Below, piece by piece: positions 1-8,500 of a stretch of DNA of 14,530 bases. Under the pieces are notes generated by a model that saw nothing but the letters and a program-made list of their open reading frames with translations, was not told where the DNA came from and made no database searches. This DNA is from Archangiaceae bacterium (GTDB lineage Bacteria; Myxococcota; Myxococcia; Myxococcales; Myxococcaceae). The translations under genes and the position numbers were made by a program. How positions within the stretch are numbered: the first letter of the stretch is position 1; the number at the start of each line of letters is the position of its first letter. The stretch lies in the NCBI GenBank assembly GCA_043750125.1, contig JAYVCD010000009.1:1-14530 (forward strand), in the 5' to 3' direction.

Positions 1-999
<999 letters not shown>

Positions 1000-1104
1000 T
1001 TTTCGGGTTGCTCCTCGCAGCGGGTTCTCGTGTACAGAGGACATGCGACCGCGCGCAAGCAGTCTGACGCCGTTACCCTTCTTCCCTCTCCTTCCCTCGA
1101 GCAC

Positions 1105-2529
1105 ATGTTCCGGTTCCGTCTGGGCAACATCCCCGTCGAAGTCCACTTCAGCCACCTGGCGATCTCGGGGCTGATTGCGTGGAGCACGGTCGAAGGGTTT
1201 CGGCCCGAGGGCTGGCCCGGACCGGTGCTGGATCAACCCACCCACCCCGACTGGAAGCTGGTCTACGGGCTGTGCGTCGCGCTGTGGATGTCGATCGTCA
1301 CGGTGTCGATTCTGGTGCACGAGCTGGGACACGCGGTGGTTTCGCTCGTCTTCGGCTACCGGCCGACGATTCACCTCGTCGGCCTGGGCGGGCTGACCCA
1401 CCCCAATGCCAATGAGACCATTCCGTGGCACCGCGACGTCTTGCTCACCCTCGCCGGGCCGATGTCCGGCCTGGGGCTCGGCCTGTTGTCCGGAGCCGCC
1501 GGGTTGGCGCTGAAAAAAGCGGGCGTGGCTCCCGGGCCGGTGACCTATGCATTGTTCGGCTTGTTCGCCGCGAACCTGGTCTGGGCGGTGCTCAACCTGC
1601 TGCCCGTCACTTCGCTCGATGGCGGGCGAATCTCGAGCGCGGTGCTGATTCGGGTCTTTGGGCGAAAGGGCTTTCTGATCGCCCAGCTGATCTCGGTCAG
1701 CCTGGGCCTGGCGGTGATCGCCCTCGCCTGGCAGAACCTGTTGTTGGCGCTGATCTTCGGAATGAACGTCGTTCGCGCCGGCGCCTTCATCTTCGCCTAC
1801 TTCAAGGGGCAGCTGCCTCCGGCCGGGCCGACCCACCCGTTCGAGCTCGCGTTTGCGCACGCGGAAGAAAAGTTCAAAGAGGGAAAGCTCGAGGAAGCCC
1901 AGGGCCTGCTCAAGACCGTCGCTGAGCAGGACCTGCAGCCCCAGCTGCGTTCACGGGTTCATGATTTGTGCGGGTGGATTGCGGTGAAGACGGGCGAAGG
2001 GCGGCAGGCGCTGGACCATTTTTCGCAAGTGCAGGGGCTGACCGTCGCTCCGCAGGCGCTGGCCGCTGCGTTCTCATTGATTGGCGACGACACCCGCGCG
2101 TTGCCCCTGTGGGAACAGGCGGCGAAATCTTCACGAGATCCCACCTTGCTGCACGAGTGGGCCGGCGCGCTGATTCGAGAAGGAAGGGCGGACGAGGCGC
2201 GCAGGTTGCCGGGGGTGAACCTGGCGCTGGCTCACGCCGCGGCCGCGCGCACCTGGTTCGTCCGAAAAGATTTTCTGCACGCGGCGGAAGCGAACGAAGC
2301 CTCGTTTGCTCAGCAGCCCTGGTTCGAGCGGGCCTACGACGCCGCGTGTGGCTACGCGCTGGCCGGGCGCTTCGACGATGCGCTGCGGATGCTCGAGTTG
2401 GCCGGGAACAGCGGCGAGCTGCGCGCGGACAAGGCCCAGTGGGACCCTGAGCTCTTCGCCCTGCGCACCGACCCCCGCTTCGCAACCGTGCTCGAGCGGA
2501 TGCGCCAGGCGAACCGGGCTCGCGCCTGA
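1105..2529 (+). CDS. Site-2 protease (M50 family zinc metallopeptidase) with C-terminal TPR-like region
   Basis: The N-terminus MFRFRLGNIPVEVHFS is typical of this M50 subgroup. It has HELGH (1318-1332), LAGP, NLLPVTSLDGG (from 1594) and several hydrophobic helices. The C-terminal half is helical and ends in AYDAACGYALAG...DPELFALRTDPRF, a TPR end-of-group pattern. The 118-1104 part of the tracked ORF is the antisense shadow of dusB. Confidence 0.9.
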   Translation: MFRFRLGNIPVEVHFSHLAISGLIAWSTVEGFRPEGWPGPVLDQPTHPDWKLVYGLCVALWMSIVTVSILVHELGHAVVSLVFGYRPTIHLVGLGGLTHPNANETIPWHRDVLLTLAGPMSGLGLGLLSGAAGLALKKAGVAPGPVTYALFGLFAANLVWAVLNLLPVTSLDGGRISSAVLIRVFGRKGFLIAQLISVSLGLAVIALAWQNLLLALIFGMNVVRAGAFIFAYFKGQLPPAGPTHPFELAFAHAEEKFKEGKLEEAQGLLKTVAEQDLQPQLRSRVHDLCGWIAVKTGEGRQALDHFSQVQGLTVAPQALAAAFSLIGDDTRALPLWEQAAKSSRDPTLLHEWAGALIREGRADEARRLPGVNLALAHAAAARTWFVRKDFLHAAEANEASFAQQPWFERAYDAACGYALAGRFDDALRMLELAGNSGELRADKAQWDPELFALRTDPRFATVLERMRQANRARA

Positions 2530-2593
2530 GCCGAGCCTGTTTCAAGCGCCCCGTGACCAAGAGATGACGGGGGTCGAGGTTGATCGCCTCGCC

Positions 2594-3529
2594 ATGTCTC
2601 TGACCGCCACCGAAATCGCGTCCACCGAAAAGCTCGCCTGGGGAAAGAGCATTCCCTTCTTCGCAGTGCACGCCGCCTGTCTGCTCGCGCTGGTCACCGG
2701 GGTCACCTGGCAGTGGGTGGGGGTCTGCGTCGCGTCGTATTACGTGCGGATGTTCGGGGTGACCGCCGGCCTGCATCGGTACTTCTCGCACCGGGCGTAC
2801 AAGACCAGCCGCGGCTTCCAGTTCGCCCTCGCGCTGTTGGGAACCCTCAGCGTTCAAAAAGGAGCGCTGTGGTGGGCGGCGCATCACCGGCACCACCACA
2901 AGCACTCAGACCAGGACGCCGACATTCATTCCCCGACCTTGCGCGGGTTCTGGTGGAGCCACGTCGGCTGGATTCTGTGCGACCGCTACGAAGAGACCCG
3001 CTTCGAATCGATCAAAGACTTCGCCCGCTTTCCCGAGTTGCTCTGGCTCAACAAGTATTTTCTCGTGCCTCCGGTTGCGTTCTTCCTCGGCCTGTTCCTC
3101 GCGGGCGGGCTGCCCTGGCTGCTCTGGGCCGGCCTGATTCCCACCGTGCTGCTCTGGCACGGGACCTTCACCATCAACTCGCTGTCCCACCTGTTCGGAA
3201 AGCGCCGGTACCTGACCACGGACACCAGCCGCAACAACTGGCTGCTCGCTCTGATCACCTGCGGCGAGGGGTGGCACAACAACCATCACTACCATCAGAA
3301 CACTGCCAATCAGGGCTGGTTCTGGTGGGAGCTCGACTTCTCGTTCTACGCGCTGAAGATCCTCTCAGTTGTGGGGCTGGTGTGGGACCTGAGGACGCCT
3401 GCGGACGCCACCCGGCGGGCCTACCTCAACTACACCGACGCCCAACGTGCGCAGCTCGAGAGCGGACGGGAAGAGCAGACCGACGGTGAGCCGCAGCTTC
3501 TGCCCCCGTACGCCCCGCTCAAGCAGTAG
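2594..3529 (+). CDS. Membrane acyl-CoA/fatty-acid desaturase (delta-9 / OLE1-like)
   Basis: Three His boxes: HRYFSH (2774), HHRHHH (2882) and GEGWHNNHH (His at 3275). Also D-x-HSP, GFWWSHVGW, TFTINSLSH and WWELD motifs. An alternative start is ATG 2564. Confidence 0.92.
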   Translation: MSLTATEIASTEKLAWGKSIPFFAVHAACLLALVTGVTWQWVGVCVASYYVRMFGVTAGLHRYFSHRAYKTSRGFQFALALLGTLSVQKGALWWAAHHRHHHKHSDQDADIHSPTLRGFWWSHVGWILCDRYEETRFESIKDFARFPELLWLNKYFLVPPVAFFLGLFLAGGLPWLLWAGLIPTVLLWHGTFTINSLSHLFGKRRYLTTDTSRNNWLLALITCGEGWHNNHHYHQNTANQGWFWWELDFSFYALKILSVVGLVWDLRTPADATRRAYLNYTDAQRAQLESGREEQTDGEPQLLPPYAPLKQ

Positions 3530-3541
3530 CTTCCAGCGCCG

Positions 3542-4093
3542 GTGAAACCCGGTGATGAGTCAGCGCGTAGTGACGACGAGGCGCTGATGGAGCTTTTTTG
3601 CCAGGGTGACGAGAAGGCTTTTGACGCGTTGTTCGCGCGTCACGCCCCGGCTGTGCGGGGGTACTTGGGTCGATTGGTCGGCAGCGCTGCGGTGGCAGAC
3701 GATCTGACCCAGACCACGTTCCTCTCTCTCGTCCGGGCCCGCGGCCGCTTCCTCACCGGCTCGAGATTCAAGCCCTGGCTGTACGCGATCGCCACCAATG
3801 CCGCGCGGGACTTCAAGCGACGGCGGTCCGAGCTGCTGACGGCGACCGGCGAGCTGCCCATCGACGCTGGCGAAGAGATGCAGGTGCGGGACCTGGGAAT
3901 GGAAAAGCAGGTGCACGCTGCCCTGGGTCAGCTGCCCGACAGCCAGCGCGAGGCGATCTTGCAGCACCGCTTTCACGGCATCTCGTTCGCCGAGATCGCG
4001 GCGGCCGAAGGAATCTCCGAGTCGGCGGTCAAGGTTCGCGCCCACCGCGGCTACCAGACGCTGCGCGGGCTGCTCAAGGGGATCTGGCCATGA
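3542..4093 (+). CDS. ECF (sigma-70 group 4) RNA polymerase sigma factor
   Basis: Region 2: GDEKAFDALF...ADDLTQTTFL...FKPWLYAIATNAARD. Region 4: LGQLPDSQREAI...GISFAEIAAAEGISESAVKVRAHRG. The start is uncertain: GTG 3542, or ATG 3587 with GAGG at 3578-3581. Confidence 0.93.
   Translation: MKPGDESARSDDEALMELFCQGDEKAFDALFARHAPAVRGYLGRLVGSAAVADDLTQTTFLSLVRARGRFLTGSRFKPWLYAIATNAARDFKRRRSELLTATGELPIDAGEEMQVRDLGMEKQVHAALGQLPDSQREAILQHRFHGISFAEIAAAEGISESAVKVRAHRGYQTLRGLLKGIWP
3543..3569 (+). promoter_or_regulatory. Candidate ECF-type promoter (autoregulatory for sigma/anti-sigma)
   Basis: TGAAAC (3543-3548), N17, CGTA (3566-3569). This fits the general ECF AAC...CGT architecture and sits at the head of the ECF gene. 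Confidence 0.5.
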
Positions 4094-4833
4094 GCTGCCC
4101 GCGGCTGGACCAGGTGCTGTGTGAGTCGCCGACTGCCGATGCGCTCGCGCACGCGAAAGGTTGTGCCGAGTGTGGCCCGGCGCGCGCGGCGTGGGACGCG
4201 ATGAACGAAGGTCCGGTGCCGACTGCGTCGCTGGCCCACCTGCGAGAAGCCGCACGCGCCCAGCTGCGAGCCCAGCCTCGCGCCCGAAAGTGGTGGGTCG
4301 ATGGGCTGATCCTCGCGGCAGCCAACCTGGGCGCCGCGGCCGCCGTTTCTCCTTTGATGAGCCCCCGCCTGCACCCCGAGTCGCCGCTGGCGCGCTGGGG
4401 AACCACCGCCGGGCTGCTGGCGCTGATCGGGCTTGGCTCATGGGCCGCCGTTCGCCCCCGCGCGCACGCGCTTCGCCTCGGAATCCTCGCGATCGCCGTT
4501 CTCGGAGCCGGGTGGATCGCCATGGGCGGAACCGGCCTCGGCGCAGATCGCCCGTTTGGGTCCGGGATTCCGTGCGCGGTGACCGAGGGGGCGGTGTCCC
4601 TCTTCCCCTTGATCCTCGCGCTCTGGATCACCTCGCGGTTCGCGTTCGACTTCACCCGGGCCATCGCGGCGGGGGTGTCGGCCGGTGCGGTGGGGATCTT
4701 CGTGCTCCACCTTCACTGCGCCAACGGCACGCCCGAGCACCTGTTCACCTTTCACGTGTTGCCGTGGGCGATCGTCGCGCTCGGGGCCGTCGCGCTGCGG
4801 CGCATGCTGCCCAGCCGCTCGTTCGCACCTTGA
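4090..4833 (+). CDS. Membrane anti-sigma factor, NrsF/DUF1109-like, with N-terminal HxxxCxxC zinc-binding motif
   Basis: ATGA overlap with the sigma stop codon indicates translational coupling. It has H21-x3-C25-x2-C28, about six hydrophobic segments, C162 (GIPC) and C210 within LHLHCANGTPEHLFTFH, which resembles the NrsF C-terminal motif. Confidence 0.78.
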   Translation: MSCPRLDQVLCESPTADALAHAKGCAECGPARAAWDAMNEGPVPTASLAHLREAARAQLRAQPRARKWWVDGLILAAANLGAAAAVSPLMSPRLHPESPLARWGTTAGLLALIGLGSWAAVRPRAHALRLGILAIAVLGAGWIAMGGTGLGADRPFGSGIPCAVTEGAVSLFPLILALWITSRFAFDFTRAIAAGVSAGAVGIFVLHLHCANGTPEHLFTFHVLPWAIVALGAVALRRMLPSRSFAP

Positions 4834-4933
4834 TCGGCGCTGCCGCGCTTCGTTCCGAGAAAGGCGGGACCTTCGATCGCGGCTGCGGACACCGCTCGGG
4901 ACCCGGTGTTGACGAGCCGGTCGAGCGCTCCAG

Positions 4934-5440
4934 CTACGGCTTGGGAACGGGCTCGACCTTGTGCAGCGAGCAGGCGGTGACCGCCTTGGTGGGATCAATC
5001 GAGTCGCTGCCTTCAGTGTGCTCGAGCACCTTGCGACCGGCGCCGATCACGAAGGTGTGGCGCTGGGCCATTCCGAGCGCCGGCATCTTCGCGTCGAACA
5101 GCTTCACCAGCGTCCCGTCGGGGTCCGCGACGAACGTCTGGGGCGCCTTCAGCTCGGCGCGCCATTTGACCAACGTGGCCACGTCGTCCATCGAAACGGC
5201 GATCACGTTGCCTTTCATCTTCTGAATCTCGGCGTAGCGATCGCGGTAGGCCTGCATCTCTTTGGTGCAGCCGCCGGTGAAGGCCTTGGGGAAGAAGGCG
5301 ATGATCACCGGCCCCTGCTCGACCAGCTTCGAGAGCTTCAGTTCCTTCCCGTCGATGTCCTTGACGGTGAAATCAGGAGCGACAGTTCCGACTGCCGGAA
5401 TAGCCGACAACAACGCAGCGATGACGAGAGGAGCGAGCAT
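4934..5440 (-). CDS. Peroxiredoxin, BCP/PrxQ (AhpC/TSA) family, with putative export signal
   Basis: VGTVAPDFTVKD start of the domain, peroxidatic motif FFPKAFTGGC (PxxxTxxC, C58), VSMD, ADPDG and catalytic Arg in QRHTFVI. Hydrophobic leader MLAPLVIAALLSA. Confidence 0.9.
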   Translation of the reverse strand: MLAPLVIAALLSAIPAVGTVAPDFTVKDIDGKELKLSKLVEQGPVIIAFFPKAFTGGCTKEMQAYRDRYAEIQKMKGNVIAVSMDDVATLVKWRAELKAPQTFVADPDGTLVKLFDAKMPALGMAQRHTFVIGAGRKVLEHTEGSDSIDPTKAVTACSLHKVEPVPKP

Positions 5441-5591
5441 GGCTCGACGCTTAACGCGCCCGAACTTCTGCCGCCACCCGCACTCATTTCAATTTCTCAA
5501 CATCTTTTTTGATTCCCTCACCACTTCTCGCGGCCGTTTTGGGTACGGTCCGCCCGCTTTTTTCAAAACCAGTCGTCGCCGAGGGGTCCCC
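5441..5591. promoter_or_regulatory. Divergent promoter region between the peroxiredoxin and M36 genes
   Basis: 151-bp intergenic gap, clearly AT-richer than its flanks, with T-tracts at 5505-5510 and 5558-5563. Specific elements are not resolved. Confidence 0.5.
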
Positions 5592-8500
5592 ATGAAGTCA
5601 TTGATTGCCTGCTCTCTTCTGTTCTTCGCAGCCTGCTCTGTTCCTACGGGCGCCCCCGCCAGCGGTAACTTCGAGGCGCTTGCGAACAGTCCGGTGCGTG
5701 CGGTTGTTCCGGTCGCGAACCCTGCGTTGGTGAAACAAGGCAGCGTGCTTCACCACGAAGAACGGCTGGGGCTACCGACCTTCCTCTGGGCGCCTGCGGC
5801 GGTTCCGGGGTTTGAGCGGGCGGTGATTGCCCCGGCCGAAGTCGAGGCCGCGGCGCGCGCACACCTGATGCGCTACGCGGCGATCTACGGCCAGTCGGAC
5901 GCGTCGCTGAAAACGGCGCGCCTGCTCGAGGTCCATGACACCGGGCGCGGCGGGTTGATTGCCCGCTTCGGCCAGCAGATCAACGGAATCGAAGTCTTCC
6001 GCGACGAGATGAAGGTGTTGCTCTCGCGCGACCTCAACCTGGTGGCCATCTCGGGCTACCTTCCAAACGAGCTTCGCGCGGCGCCGTTCAAGTTGGCGGC
6101 CTCGAGCGCGATCGCCTCGGCAGTCCTCGACGCCACCGGCAAGGTCGTCGACGCGGCGGCGTGGCACCTCACCGCGCAGGTCGGCGGTCACTACACCCGC
6201 TACGAGATGGACGGCGCGGCGGCGCTGAAGCTCTCGTCGGTGCGACTCAAGCCGGTCTACTACCACCTGGCCGCTGGGCTCGAGCCGGCCTTCTACCTCG
6301 AGCTCGACGCACCGAACGCCGAAACGCAGGGCACCGAGCCGGTCTCGTACGTGGTCTCTGCCGTCGACGGCCGCACGCTGATGCGCAACGCGCTCAGTGT
6401 CGACGCCAGCTTCAGCTACCGCACCTGGGCTGAGACCTCGGGGAAGTTCCGCCCGATGGACGGACCGCAGGGCTTCGCGCCGACCCCGAACCCGACCGGC
6501 CTGCCCGACGGCTTCCAGGCGCCCTTCCTTGCTCCTTCGCTGGTGTCGTTGACCAATGCCGGCTTGAGCACCAACGACCCCTGGTTGCCCGCGGGAGCCA
6601 CCGAGACCAACGGGAACAACGCCGAGGCCTACCTCGACCTCTTCGCCCCCGACGGCTTCTCGCCTGGCGACTTTAGAATTCCGGTCAGCTCGCCCGGCAA
6701 CTTCGATTACACCGTAAACCTCGCTTTGCCTCCCAGCGGGGTGTCGAGCACCGGAGCACTCACCCAGCAGTACGGGGTGGGAACGACGCTCTTCTACATC
6801 GTCAACTTCCTCCACGATTGGTACTACGACTCGGGCTTCAACGAGATCGCCGGAAACGGGCAACTGGTCAACCACGGCCGCGGCGGGCTCGAGGGCGACT
6901 CGCTCAAGATCGAAGCGCAGGATTTCAGCGGTCGCAACAACGCCAACATGTCGACCCCGGCCGACGGCGCCCGCCCTCGCATGCAGATGTACCTGTTCGA
7001 TGGGTTGACCAACAACAAGGTCACCGCCCTCACCCCGCCGAGCCTCGCCGCCGATTACGCCGTCGGCAGCGCCAGTTGGGGTCCGCTGAGCTTCTCGTTG
7101 ACCGGAACGGTGGTGGTCTCTGCTCCGCTGGATGGCTGCACCGCATTCACCAATGACGTGGTCGGAAAGATCGCGTTCATCAACCGCGGCACCTGCGGCT
7201 TCGTGACCAAGGTCGAGGCCGCGCAGGCGGCAGGCGCGATCGGAGTCATCATCGGAAACGTCGCCACCTCAGGCGCCGCCGCCACGCCCCCGGGCATGGG
7301 CGGGACTCCGGTCGGCACCGTCACCATTCCTTCGCTCTCGCTGGCCGTCGCCAGCGCCGATTCGTTCCGCACTGCGCTCGCCGCCGGAGCCGTCACCGCC
7401 ACCTTGAGCCGTCCTACCGTCACCGATCGCGACGGCGCGCTCGACGCCCAGATTGTCGCCCACGAGTGGGGCCACTACATCAGCAACCGCTTGATCGGCG
7501 ACGCGAACGGCTTGTCGAACAGCCTTGCTCGCGGAATGGGTGAGGGTTGGGCCGACTTCCACGCGATGCTGTTGAGCGTGCGCCAGGAAGATTCGCTGGT
7601 CGCGGGCAACACTCAGTTCGAGGGCGTCTACGCGATGGCGGGCTTCAGCACCGCTTCGTTCAGCAAGAGCCCCTACTACTTCGGAATTCGTCGCTACCCC
7701 TACTCCACCGACATGACGAAGAATCCGCTGACCTACAAGCACATTGAAAACGGTCAGGCGTTGCCGGCAGCGTCCGTGGCTCCGATCAATCCGGTCAGCG
7801 CGCCGAACGCCGAAGTGCACAACACCGGTGAGATCTGGGCCAGCGCTCTATGGGAATGCTACGCGGCGCTGCTGCGCGACGTGGTGAACAACACCAGCGG
7901 CCGCGGGCTGACGTTCGATCAGGCCCAGCTGCGGATGAAGGACTACATCGTCGCGTCGTACAAGATGACGCCTTCGACCCCGACGATGGTCGAGGCCCGC
8001 GACGCGGTCTTGGCAGTCGCTTATGCCCGAGATCTGGTCGACTACCGCCTGTTTGCGATTGCGTTCGCCAAGCGTGGACTGGGCGCAAATGCCGGCTCTC
8101 CGGACCGCTTCTCTAGCACCAACCAGGGAGCCACCGAAGACTACACGCCGGCGATTGGGCTCGCGTACCTGGGCAGTGCCGTCGACGACAGCATCACTTC
8201 GCCTTGTGGCAGCAACGGCTCTCTGGAAAATGGAGAGACGGGCCTGTTGCATGTGACGCTGAAGAGCAACCTGGCCAATGCGCTGCCCGGCAGCACCGCG
8301 ACCGTCAGCTCGAGCACCGCAGGAGTTACCTTCCCCAGCGGCACCACCCTCACCTTCCCCTCTGCTCCGCCGCTGGGAGTCGCGAACGGTACAATGCCCA
8401 TCGCGGTCACGGGCCTGACGGGAACCAAGCTCGACTTCACGATCAACGTCACCAACCCGATCACCGGCACGGCGGCGTTCACGTTCTCAACCGTCGCCAA

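Noticed and set aside
5267..5269. Possible selenocysteine at the peroxiredoxin active site
   Set aside because: The codon is TGC (Cys), with no in-frame TGA.
5262..5591. N-terminal extension of the 1982-aa ORF
   Set aside because: It overlaps the peroxiredoxin gene on the opposite strand and the promoter gap. The RBS and signal peptide point to ATG 5592.
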